A DNA stretch of 20,000 nt, from IMG/VR virus record IMGVR_UViG_3300032050_000089; one strand, written 5' to 3'. A program made the translations under genes and the position numbers. Shown one piece after another: positions 7,305 to 15,506 of this stretch. This DNA is from an uncultured virus (IMG/VR IMGVR_UViG_3300032050_000089) (Duplodnaviria > Heunggongvirae > Uroviricota > Caudoviricetes). Positions within the stretch are counted from its first letter, which is position 1. Each line of letters opens with the position of its first letter. The notes under the pieces are model-generated. The model saw only the letters and a list, made by a program, of their open reading frames with translations. It was not told the origin of the DNA and searched no databases.

Positions 7305-8552
7305 ATGCACTACTTTTCTATAGACAGACAATACAAGTTTATTTTAAATTTGATAGAATCGAAGAAACAAACTCCACCAAAACGGAAACTTGGTTATATT
7401 AGTCAAAATTATGAGAGTCATAGTGGAATAGGAACTATATCTCCCGGTAAAGGCGATAAGGGAGGTGTCAGTTATGGTACCCATCAGTTTGCTAGTGCAG
7501 TTGGAACCCCCAAAGATTTTGTTGATTATATTGGTAAAAATGAACCAGAAGATTCGCCATTAAGAGCTTTGATAGGCCCAACAGATTTTGGTGATTTTAA
7601 TGGAGCGTTTGCAAACACTTGGAGAAAGTTATCGGGATCACATCCCGATTTATTAACGAACGTAGCTCAAGCATTCACAGATGTTAGATATTACGAAGAA
7701 CCTTTAAAAAATCTAAAGAAAAAAGATTCAGAATTAGGAAATCTTATTGAAACAAATGAAGGTTTGAATGAGTTGTTTTATTCTACAAATGTACAGCATG
7801 GTCAATCAGGCGGTCCACGAATATTTTTAGACGCAAGGGCTAGATGTCCAGACGGCAAAAAAAATTGTCCCTTTGCTATTACTAAAAATGTATTTGAAAT
7901 TAGAAGAGATAGAATATTAGCATCGGATAATAGTCAGGAGATAAAAAATGCTGTAACCCAATCAAGATATCCAGAAGAAGAAAAGGCTGTTACTGCTTTA
8001 TTAAAAACTACGAGAACAACACAAACACCACCCCAGACACCACCGCCACAAACAGAAAATGTACCGGAGCCACAAGTCGGTAGTGGAACATATAAAATCC
8101 AACCGGGAGATTCTTTAAGTGTCATAGCACAAAAACTATCGAAGGAACGTGGTTTTAAGATAACAGCCGACGATTTAGCTAAACTAAATGAAATACCAGA
8201 CATGAATAAAATTAGTGCTGGTCGTGAATTAAAAATTCCAGAAAATCCAAATGCTCAAAAACAAACTGCAACAGCACAAGCAGCACCAAAACAAGAACTT
8301 CCAGCAAAGCAAGAACCAAAAGAAACAAAAACGCCGGAAGATATTGTTACAATGAGCAAACAAGAACTAGCTGACAGGATGAAACAAGCAGAAGATAAAG
8401 CTGTACAAAATGCCTTTGATGTGGAAACGCAAGCTAAAGAAGCTAGAGAATCAAAAAAATCCGCTGGTATGATTGATAAGGTAAGAGCAGAAAGAGAAAG
8501 GCTTGAAGCTGAAAATAAAAAGGCTCAAGAAAATAAACAAAAAAGTAAGTAA
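7305..8552 (+). CDS. peptidoglycan hydrolase-like protein: VgrG3-C-like lysozyme domain, LysM domain and charged coiled-coil tail
   Basis: LGYISQNYES...GTISPGKGDKGGVSYGTHQFAS...STNVQHG (lysozyme-like), a PT-rich linker, and YKIQPGDSLSVIAQK...LAKLNEIPDMNKISAGRELKIP (LysM). The ATG at 7305 is preferred over the TTG at 7101. Confidence 0.8.
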   Translation: MHYFSIDRQYKFILNLIESKKQTPPKRKLGYISQNYESHSGIGTISPGKGDKGGVSYGTHQFASAVGTPKDFVDYIGKNEPEDSPLRALIGPTDFGDFNGAFANTWRKLSGSHPDLLTNVAQAFTDVRYYEEPLKNLKKKDSELGNLIETNEGLNELFYSTNVQHGQSGGPRIFLDARARCPDGKKNCPFAITKNVFEIRRDRILASDNSQEIKNAVTQSRYPEEEKAVTALLKTTRTTQTPPQTPPPQTENVPEPQVGSGTYKIQPGDSLSVIAQKLSKERGFKITADDLAKLNEIPDMNKISAGRELKIPENPNAQKQTATAQAAPKQELPAKQEPKETKTPEDIVTMSKQELADRMKQAEDKAVQNAFDVETQAKEARESKKSAGMIDKVRAERERLEAENKKAQENKQKSK

Positions 8553-9398
8553 TTATCTCGGGAACAGAGTTGGTGGATAATTTTCGCCCTTCTTCTGTCT
8601 ATCCCTCACTGCTTTAAATCCTGCTGGATCGGCTTCTAGTTCTCCATCGGAACCTAGATTAAATCCTAGACCAAGATCAGTCTGTGCATCTTCCTCTGCG
8701 GTCATTCTATCTTGTATAGAAGGCTGAGTCACCAAAGCACCAGCTGCATCCCAAACATTTCCTAATGCGGTAGCAACAGTTCCCATTCCAAGAGCAGTTA
8801 AAACATCCTTCGAAGTAAATGCTCTTCTTGGGGTTGGTGTTTGTGTTGGTTTGGCTGGAGTCATGGCAGCACTTACTGAAGTTTTTGCCTTTTCGAGTCT
8901 AGCTTCTATTCTTGCAATAGAATCATCCACTCTCTTAGTTCTGTCGCTTCCTTCTTTTCTAGGAAGTCCACGCAACAGAGTTAGGCGATCTTCTAATGAC
9001 TGTACAGAGTCTGGTGTAGGTATTGCGGTTGTTAAACGGCTAGAGCGGTCCCTTCTCAGACGAGACATTCGTTGTGGGTATGTTTCACCGAATAATGCAG
9101 TTTCAATATCTCTAATTATTGGGCCTTGAGATCCAGATTTCATGTGACCCTTACTAAAACCACCTAACATTTTTTTACGCCCTTCACTATCGATGTGAAA
9201 TACTTTAAAATGTTTTCCACCCTCTTCAAAAATTATTCTTCCTTTGAGATTAGGAGTTTTAGATTGTACTCTTTCGACTGCTTTTTTTATTTCTGCGACA
9301 TCCGCACCTAAATGATCTACTCCAAAAAAATTTACTCTACCTTCATTTTCAATAAGTAGTTCAATATCTTCAGTTAAAAATTCGGAAAATGATTTCAT
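8553..9398 (-). CDS. hypothetical protein with capsid-targeting-like N-terminus
   Basis: Starts MKSFSEFLTE, like the T4 internal-protein CTS MKTYQEFIAE. Confidence 0.8.
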   Translation of the reverse strand: MKSFSEFLTEDIELLIENEGRVNFFGVDHLGADVAEIKKAVERVQSKTPNLKGRIIFEEGGKHFKVFHIDSEGRKKMLGGFSKGHMKSGSQGPIIRDIETALFGETYPQRMSRLRRDRSSRLTTAIPTPDSVQSLEDRLTLLRGLPRKEGSDRTKRVDDSIARIEARLEKAKTSVSAAMTPAKPTQTPTPRRAFTSKDVLTALGMGTVATALGNVWDAAGALVTQPSIQDRMTAEEDAQTDLGLGFNLGSDGELEADPAGFKAVRDRQKKGENYPPTLFPR

Positions 9399-9399
9399 G

Positions 9400-9996
9400 T
9401 TATATTTTCTGTTTTTGAGTTGCCATGAATTGATCGATGTGGTCGGTGATGTGACCGCCTTTAGCTAGATTAGCCGCGATCATATCACTATTTGCTTGCG
9501 CCCACAAATTAAACTGTGGATGTGCAAAGGCCATATCTTCAAGTTGAGTATCCAAGCGCGTGAGTCTTGTTTCAACTTGAATGGAACTTCCACCAGATTT
9601 TTTATGCTTTTCTCTTAAAATTTTTCTAATTATTGGAAGTGCTTTAAAATTTGAAATTAAAGAATATGCAGCATCTTGTGATCCTTCTTGTGTTGGCATC
9701 GGCCCTTGTCTATCTCCCATTTCCCAAGACTGCATTCTTGAATTGTGCAAATGATCTTTTAGTTCATTGAATATGCTATTCGTAGAATTTTTTACATCCC
9801 TTGATTGAATATCTGAATATTGTCCAGTACCCGGAATACCTTCATATTTTTCGGAGGGTATCTCTCTACCTTTGTCATCTAAAGATACTTGGCGAGAATT
9901 GGTGTACCAAGGAGATTCAATAGCATAAGAAGGACGTACATTTACATAAGGGTCAATGTCCTTCGCTTCAAAAAGATATTGGATAAAAGTTCGCAT
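9400..9996 (-). CDS. hypothetical protein with capsid-targeting-like N-terminus
   Basis: Starts MRTFIQYLFEA. CTAAATA lies 4 nt upstream. Confidence 0.8.
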   Translation of the reverse strand: MRTFIQYLFEAKDIDPYVNVRPSYAIESPWYTNSRQVSLDDKGREIPSEKYEGIPGTGQYSDIQSRDVKNSTNSIFNELKDHLHNSRMQSWEMGDRQGPMPTQEGSQDAAYSLISNFKALPIIRKILREKHKKSGGSSIQVETRLTRLDTQLEDMAFAHPQFNLWAQANSDMIAANLAKGGHITDHIDQFMATQKQKI

Positions 9997-10000
9997 ATAT

Positions 10001-10008
10001 TATTTAGA
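10001..10008 (-). promoter_or_regulatory. T4-type late promoter (TCTAAATA)
   Basis: TAAATA core 4 nt before the ATG at 9996. Confidence 0.6.
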
Positions 10009-10023
10009 TTTACAGATCTATTA

Positions 10024-12348
10024 TCAACCTTCCATTCTAAATCTATTTCTTACTCTTCGTCTTTCAATTTCATCAGTATCTCTCGCAACCTTTGCTATAA
10101 AATCATCATCAAACGCCTTTATCGCACCAAATCCTCTGGGATTAGATCTGATTTCATCATGCACGGAATTTAATATATCGTATTCCAAATCCTTTGCATT
10201 GAAGTCTGGATGATTGTAAATTGCGAGTGCAGTGTTTTTGCGTTCTGGTTTCATGAAATTTGTTCTAACTTCATGAAATAATTGTTTATCCTTTAATATT
10301 TTTCCAAAATCTTTATGCTGTAATGCTTCGTTTCTTACCTCCTCCGAATCATGCGCTAAAGCATAAGCAATATTTCGTTTTGATATTTCTGATAAAACAG
10401 AAGGAATTCCTCCCACATCATCACTTACACTATCACGCTCATGCTGATGAAAATATGGTGTTTTGTGGAATGCATCGGACTTTGCTAATTTTATAGACAA
10501 GTCTGTAAATGCTTTCTTTAGTTGGGGATTATCTTCATGCCGTGCGCGTTCAAATACTCTGTGTAGTTCAGAACCGGGACCAATACGGTTTAATAACAAA
10601 GGTTCATTTGCCGCAGCTTCCAACACAGGAGTATTAGGAAGAGAAGTTATGGATGCCTGAGCTATTTCATCTAACATATCATTAGATTTAATAGTTCCAT
10701 CTTTTATATCATTCATTAGTTTATTGAAAGATTGTAATGATCGTTTATCATCTAATCTACTCAATTGTCCAATTAGTGATTTATGAAACGATGAATGGTT
10801 TTTGGCATTTGGATTATCGATAATTGAATCAAATACTTTATCATGGTGCGAACTTAAAGCAAATTTTATGTAGTTTTTTGCTGTTAGATCAGTTGGACCT
10901 GATCGTTCTAAATATGAATTGACGTAATCCAATCCCCTAAGAGCAAATTCTTCGTGTGGAGATTTGATTAAATGTTCAGGACTCATTAAATCCACAAATT
11001 CAAAAGCTTTATTTCTCACTGCCTTGTGCTGCGAATCTGAAAGTTTTTCCAAAGATGTCCTATCTTTTAGCAAAGATGGAACTTTTTCAAGAGCCTTTAA
11101 AACTACAGATTCGTGGGGAGATTCCATTATATCCACGCTAATCTTATCCACAAGCCCACTAATATAAGGTGTATCTTTGAATTTATAAGATTCTAATTTT
11201 CTGTGTACTTCCGGATCTTCAAGTGCTTCTAGTTGATGATGTTCAAATGGAGAAGATACCTTTTTAAATGCAGTATAGGTAGCTTCGGAAGATGAAAGTA
11301 TATCACGATCATCGTGATCACGATATAAACTTGGTTCGATATAATATTTGTAATGCTGTAATGGCATTTTTTCAGATAAATGTGAATCTAAAACATACTT
11401 GAATGCTTGTATTAATGACTTACCATTACTTTTTAAATTACTAGAGGCATATGTAACAGGCGAAGCTCTTAAGACCGTATGCTCAGGTTTCACATCTTTC
11501 CAAGAAACATATCTAAATTCACCACCTACACCATTTTCAGCACGACTTATTTTATTTTTCATATCCTCGCTATGAAATGGTTCAAGCATGATTCTGGCTA
11601 AAGGATTTTTTAAATCATGATCTCCAGCAGCAATCAAATATGCCATATGCGCTCCACCCGTAAGTGCTCTCTTGACATATTGGGCATTTTGTCCGGGTTG
11701 TTGATATCCGGGCATCTCATTATAAGGGGGTTCGCCAAATTCTCGCTCTGGGGGTTCTTGTCCCTCAATATCAACATCTGGACAAGTACCAAGTGCCATG
11801 CAGCTTGTCCATCTTGGTTTATTTGAAGACATCTCGGCAACTTTATAAGGATCTCTTGTTATGACGATCTGTAAAGGCGACCTCATAGCAACACGAACAT
11901 CATCACGATTGTATTCATCCAAGATTCGCTTTTGCTGAAAACTTCTTTCTTTATGATCTCGCCATGCTGGATGAGCTGCATCGTATGGAATGCCTTCTGG
12001 TTCTGCGATTGGTTGAGACAAAACTTTAGCAATTGAGATTGGGCGAGTGTGACCCTTTCTTACTGCCAATCCAGCTTTGAAGTCGTGAACATCATATCCC
12101 AATTTATCTAAATGATCTGCAAGATAAGCTGGTGCTGCTAACTTCAATCCTTCTGTCGGCATATCAAACACAACTGTGTCACCATTATCCATAACAGTAC
12201 CACCGCCGATTGGATTCTCCTTATCAAAAAGATGATTCGAAAAATCAACTGATCTTGTTAATCTATTATGCCAATCAACAAAGTGATCAACCCAAAATTT
12301 TTGATTGTCGGTTAGTGCTTCAGTTAAAAATTTATAAAAGGATAACAT
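10024..12348 (-). CDS. large protein with CTS-like N-terminus, PcfJ-like motif region and alpha-helical repeat C-terminus
   Basis: Starts MLSFYKFLTEA. Motif IVITRDPYKVAEMS...WTSCM...AYL...LARIML. The C-terminal half has repeated S-x-H-E/K-x-V HEAT-like helices. Confidence 0.75.
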   Translation of the reverse strand: MLSFYKFLTEALTDNQKFWVDHFVDWHNRLTRSVDFSNHLFDKENPIGGGTVMDNGDTVVFDMPTEGLKLAAPAYLADHLDKLGYDVHDFKAGLAVRKGHTRPISIAKVLSQPIAEPEGIPYDAAHPAWRDHKERSFQQKRILDEYNRDDVRVAMRSPLQIVITRDPYKVAEMSSNKPRWTSCMALGTCPDVDIEGQEPPEREFGEPPYNEMPGYQQPGQNAQYVKRALTGGAHMAYLIAAGDHDLKNPLARIMLEPFHSEDMKNKISRAENGVGGEFRYVSWKDVKPEHTVLRASPVTYASSNLKSNGKSLIQAFKYVLDSHLSEKMPLQHYKYYIEPSLYRDHDDRDILSSSEATYTAFKKVSSPFEHHQLEALEDPEVHRKLESYKFKDTPYISGLVDKISVDIMESPHESVVLKALEKVPSLLKDRTSLEKLSDSQHKAVRNKAFEFVDLMSPEHLIKSPHEEFALRGLDYVNSYLERSGPTDLTAKNYIKFALSSHHDKVFDSIIDNPNAKNHSSFHKSLIGQLSRLDDKRSLQSFNKLMNDIKDGTIKSNDMLDEIAQASITSLPNTPVLEAAANEPLLLNRIGPGSELHRVFERARHEDNPQLKKAFTDLSIKLAKSDAFHKTPYFHQHERDSVSDDVGGIPSVLSEISKRNIAYALAHDSEEVRNEALQHKDFGKILKDKQLFHEVRTNFMKPERKNTALAIYNHPDFNAKDLEYDILNSVHDEIRSNPRGFGAIKAFDDDFIAKVARDTDEIERRRVRNRFRMEG

Positions 12349-12352
12349 ACCA

Positions 12353-12360
12353 TATTTATG
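12353..12360 (-). promoter_or_regulatory. T4-type late promoter (CATAAATA)
   Basis: 4 nt before the ATG at 12348. Confidence 0.7.
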
Positions 12361-13041
12361 CTATCTTCTTCTAGACCCAACCAGCCCAGCAAAGCACAGA
12401 AGGGCAAAGAAGCCGGGAGCAGGAACGCTAATAGCCGCAGCAGCAAAGTCAATATCACTCAGGCCATCGTAGGGAAGCTGGCTTCCAAGGCTCACCAACC
12501 TCAAAGGAGGAATGTCTAGCTGCGTCGAAGAAAAATCCAAAAAATTTTCACTCTGCTCCGGAGTCACTAGAACAGGTTCTTCCTCCTCCTTCATTGCAGT
12601 CTGAATGGGAACAACAGGAACAAAGGAGGAAGGAATCTCTTCAAAAAGATCTTTTTTGTAGTAAACTAAATTATTTTCTTTCTTTTCGTTTTGAATCTGA
12701 ACCAATCTTCTTACAGACTCGGCATAGTCAAAGGAAAAGTCATTTGAAGGCAAGGATGAGGTCACATCAGCAGGAAGGCTGATCTTCTCCTCCAACCGCT
12801 CCTGAACCTTCTCCACATTGTCCAGAGCATCAATGATCTTGTCAGCAAGTTCTTTGCCAACCACAGCAACTGCAACAGCACCAGCAATGGTCATGGCAAA
12901 AAGTTTCTTTTCTAATTTACCAATCTTCTCTTCGTTAGCAATCACAGCTTTTTTGCAATTGCTGTGTTTTTCTTCTTTTTCTTTTTCAAGTTTTTCTGAA
13001 AGCTCTTCGCATCCAGAACATCCTTTGTGATTGTGTGCCAT
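12361..13041 (-). CDS. membrane protein with C-terminal PEP-CTERM-type (VPAPG) sorting signal
   Basis: GGAGA RBS before MAHNHK (13041). Coiled coil, then hydrophobic AMTIAGAVAVAVVG. Ends VPAPG-FFALLCFAGLVG-SRRR. Confidence 0.75.
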   Translation of the reverse strand: MAHNHKGCSGCEELSEKLEKEKEEKHSNCKKAVIANEEKIGKLEKKLFAMTIAGAVAVAVVGKELADKIIDALDNVEKVQERLEEKISLPADVTSSLPSNDFSFDYAESVRRLVQIQNEKKENNLVYYKKDLFEEIPSSFVPVVPIQTAMKEEEEPVLVTPEQSENFLDFSSTQLDIPPLRLVSLGSQLPYDGLSDIDFAAAAISVPAPGFFALLCFAGLVGSRRR

Positions 13042-13106
13042 AGCATCTCCTCTGTGTGGAAAAGAAGGAAAACACACCCCGTGGTATCATCTCAAACCAT
13101 TTACTT

Positions 13107-13114
13107 TATTTATA
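13107..13114 (-). promoter_or_regulatory. T4-type late promoter (perfect TATAAATA)
   Basis: Exact T4 late consensus upstream of the PEP-CTERM-like gene. Confidence 0.65.
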
Positions 13115-13251
13115 CAAATGGAACCATGGGAGGGGACCCATAGAAGAAAAAACGGCCACCAAATAACAAATCGCAAAAAAGAAAAAGAAGAACCAAAAGA
13201 TTCCTTTTTTTATTTTGGGAGGAATCTTTGGAAGGGGACCCATTTTTATTT

Positions 13252-13674
13252 TTACCCAGCAGATCTTGCGATATTTTTCAATCTTCTCGTCATGTAGTTA
13301 AAATCATCAAATTGTTCCCTCGACAAAACCATAGCAGGAACATGTGACTTTCCTTCAACACTGTGAGCTTTCATGATTCTATTCAAACCATCTGCGACAG
13401 TATATTGATCCTCTCCAGTTTCAATGGCCAACACTGGGAATGTTGTATCGGCATTTTGCATTCTCTCCACATGGTCAGGATTTTCCAAAGAATATGATTT
13501 ATGCCACCACTCTATTCCATCAGTATGCTTGATGGGAAGCATGACTGGTTCTCCAGCTACTTGATTAGCGTAATCATACAAATGCTTTACTGAATAAAGA
13601 CTTCCTTGCCCATCCCCAGTCATTTGGGAATCCCAGTTTTCTACTTCAGTAATGTATTGTTTAAAAGAGAGCAT
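13252..13674 (-). CDS. ParB/sulfiredoxin-like N-terminal domain protein with CTS-like N-terminus
   Basis: Starts MLSFKQYITE. The segment ERMQNADTTFPVL.....YTVADGLNRIMKA......VPA matches the ParB-N pattern (DGxHR variant). Confidence 0.7.
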   Translation of the reverse strand: MLSFKQYITEVENWDSQMTGDGQGSLYSVKHLYDYANQVAGEPVMLPIKHTDGIEWWHKSYSLENPDHVERMQNADTTFPVLAIETGEDQYTVADGLNRIMKAHSVEGKSHVPAMVLSREQFDDFNYMTRRLKNIARSAG

Positions 13675-13679
13675 GGAAT

Positions 13680-13687
13680 TATTTATG
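13680..13687 (-). promoter_or_regulatory. T4-type late promoter (CATAAATA)
   Basis: 5 nt before the ATG at 13674. Confidence 0.7.
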
Positions 13688-13759
13688 ACCGGGGGATCCT
13701 AAAGGGGGGACCCAAATTCATTTTTTACTTTGGAGGTGACGGGGGGACCCATGAATTTA

Positions 13760-14062
13760 TTATCGAACTATTAGATTACCATTCCAAATTTTGAGTTTTG
13801 CACCCGGAAAGAATTCTTGTAGAAGCTCTAGGAGTTCTTTTTCTTTTTCTTTTGTTAATTTTGTTGGTTTTTTGTTTCCAATAAAATTACCAGATTGAGT
13901 AATACCTTGATTTAGATTGAAGTCAGGAGCATCATCAAAATCAGGAACAAGAAAGAGAATGTCCTGAATTGGAATTATTTTTACTTGAGAAGATGCTACT
14001 ACAGGAGATGCAAGTAGAGAAATACAGAGAAAGATCACGATTAGTATTTTTGAAAGCTTCAT
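13760..14062 (-). CDS. secreted small protein (signal peptide)
   Basis: MKLSKILIVIFLCISLLASPVVA signal peptide. CCTAAATA lies 5 nt upstream (14068-14075). Confidence 0.75.
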   Translation of the reverse strand: MKLSKILIVIFLCISLLASPVVASSQVKIIPIQDILFLVPDFDDAPDFNLNQGITQSGNFIGNKKPTKLTKEKEKELLELLQEFFPGAKLKIWNGNLIVR

Positions 14063-14107
14063 GATATTATTTAGGTGGGGATCCTAGAGGGGGGACCCAT
14101 TTTTAAT

Positions 14108-14569
14108 TTAGAGTTCCTTTTTCATGTATTCATAGAACTTGAACACTGCTGTTGCAGCTGGACCTTCAATACTTCCAATTATAGGCTCACCAGTATCAAC
14201 ATGAGTTCCAATATCTTCTGCTCTACCCTGATATCTTTCATGTTCGGCTCCTGCCAAATCTAATCTTGGTGTAGGAGCTGATCCGGGAATTTGTTGCAAG
14301 TAAGGAAATAAATCTACTTTATCTCCTCTTCTAGGAGTTCCTGATTTTCTATCCATAAAAAAAGTATGAACATGACCACCATCAGTCAAAATATGAGCAA
14401 GATATCCCTCATCAGGAAATTCTGGGTGCTTCTCAATATGAGCAATATGACCAACCACGGATTCAGATTTATTTATTTTATTTTTTTGTATTGCACTTAT
14501 CATAGAACCAGATCTAGCCCAATCAGGCCAAAATTGTGATTCTGTAAGATATTGTGTGAAAGTAAACAT
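14108..14569 (-). CDS. hypothetical protein with capsid-targeting-like N-terminus
   Basis: Starts MFTFTQYLTES. CATAAATA at 14575-14582, 5 nt upstream. Confidence 0.75.
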   Translation of the reverse strand: MFTFTQYLTESQFWPDWARSGSMISAIQKNKINKSESVVGHIAHIEKHPEFPDEGYLAHILTDGGHVHTFFMDRKSGTPRRGDKVDLFPYLQQIPGSAPTPRLDLAGAEHERYQGRAEDIGTHVDTGEPIIGSIEGPAATAVFKFYEYMKKEL

Positions 14570-14924
14570 GAAATTATTTATGTCGGGGGATTGGTGTGTC
14601 GAAAAAAACGGAATAAATCGACAGGTTATATGGACATGTCGATTGGATCGACATAGGCTTCAGGATGACTCATGAAAGAATTTGGTGGGGGATCCTATGG
14701 AGGGACCCAAATTTATTTTTTACTTAGGAGGTGACGGGGGGACCCATGAAAGAATTTGGCGGGGATCCTAGAGGGGGGACCCATTTTTAAATTTTAGGGA
14801 AGTTTTTTGGGAGGGACCCTTTTGAGGTTTTTGAGGGGGGTGGGCTAGCCCCGGGGTCTGTGCAAGGTTCCACGGTCGAATCCACTACTCGGACAGGGAT
14901 ATTTCTTTCGAGAATATCGCTAGG

Positions 14925-14954
14925 TGCTCAAGTCATCGGGGCATCACGCCGATA
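14925..14954 (+). promoter_or_regulatory. repeated early promoter copy A (sigma28/FliA-like)
   Basis: TGCTCAAGTCATCGGGGCATCACGCCGATA, near-identical to 17923-17952 and 19117-19146. Confidence 0.75.
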
Positions 14955-15038
14955 TTAGTAGTGTGAGGAACGCAGCGCACGCCACACGCATTCCGCGTGT
15001 GGGTGACGCAAGCGACCTGACATTGGAGGCCACCTACC

Positions 15039-15449
15039 ATGGCAACCTACAGCGTCCACACTCTCCCGCCTGCCTTGGCCACCGCGCTCGGCAACGCGGC
15101 CAAGGCAACCTGTCCGGATCAGCCGGACGGGTCTACCTTGACTGTCACCCTCTCGGGTGAGGTCAAGGTCAATGTCGTGCGCGGTGACGCGCACGACAAG
15201 CGTACCAGTCCGATTGACTGGAAGCGCGTGGCCATGGCGTTGGCCGCGCGGCTTCCCGCCTCGCAGCGTCGTTCGTTCGTCCGTGATGTCCTCGCTGGCA
15301 TCACTAACGGCACTCTCCTCGACTTCGATAGCGAAATCGAGGCCGAGGCCAAGGCCATCGTGGCCGCTGCCAATGCAGCCAAGCCGTCCGGGCAGCAGCC
15401 CGGGCAGCAGAAGGCCAGCGTGACCGAGGCCACCATCACGGTGGCCTGA
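15039..15449 (+). CDS. hypothetical early protein
   Basis: GGAGG RBS, strong GC3 bias, first gene after promoter A. Confidence 0.8.
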   Translation: MATYSVHTLPPALATALGNAAKATCPDQPDGSTLTVTLSGEVKVNVVRGDAHDKRTSPIDWKRVAMALAARLPASQRRSFVRDVLAGITNGTLLDFDSEIEAEAKAIVAAANAAKPSGQQPGQQKASVTEATITVA

Positions 15450-15464
15450 ACCAACCCGAGAACC

Positions 15465-15488
15465 GGGAGGGGGCTTCGGCCCCCTCCC
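15465..15488 (+). repeat. intergenic GGGAGGGGG/CCCCCTCCC hairpin, copy 1 of 4 (others 16037-16061, 16530-16556, 17324-17348)
   Basis: GGGAGGGGG-C(TTCG)G-CCCCCTCCC. Each copy sits between a stop codon and the next RBS. Confidence 0.85.
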
Positions 15489-15506
15489 ACAACCGAAAGG
15501 ATAGAA

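Larger units (their letters stand above)
13133..14819 (+). repeat. dispersed intergenic GGGACCC / GGGGATCCTA repeat family
   Basis: GGGACCC at 13133, 13235, 13707, 13744, 14092, 14702, 14739, 14776 and 14813. Longer duplications: 13691-13755 ~ 14687-14750 and 14074-14107 ~ 14758-14790. Confidence 0.9.

Noticed and set aside
13031..13297. 88-aa plus-strand ORF and other short antisense ORFs in 8.8-14.3 kb
   Set aside because: They lie in low-complexity spacer or antisense to well-supported minus-strand genes, with no RBS or promoter.
13128..14860. Possible CRISPR array or IS ends in the GGGACCC repeats
   Set aside because: Spacing is irregular, units vary in length, whole genes lie between them, and there is no transposase or target-site duplication.
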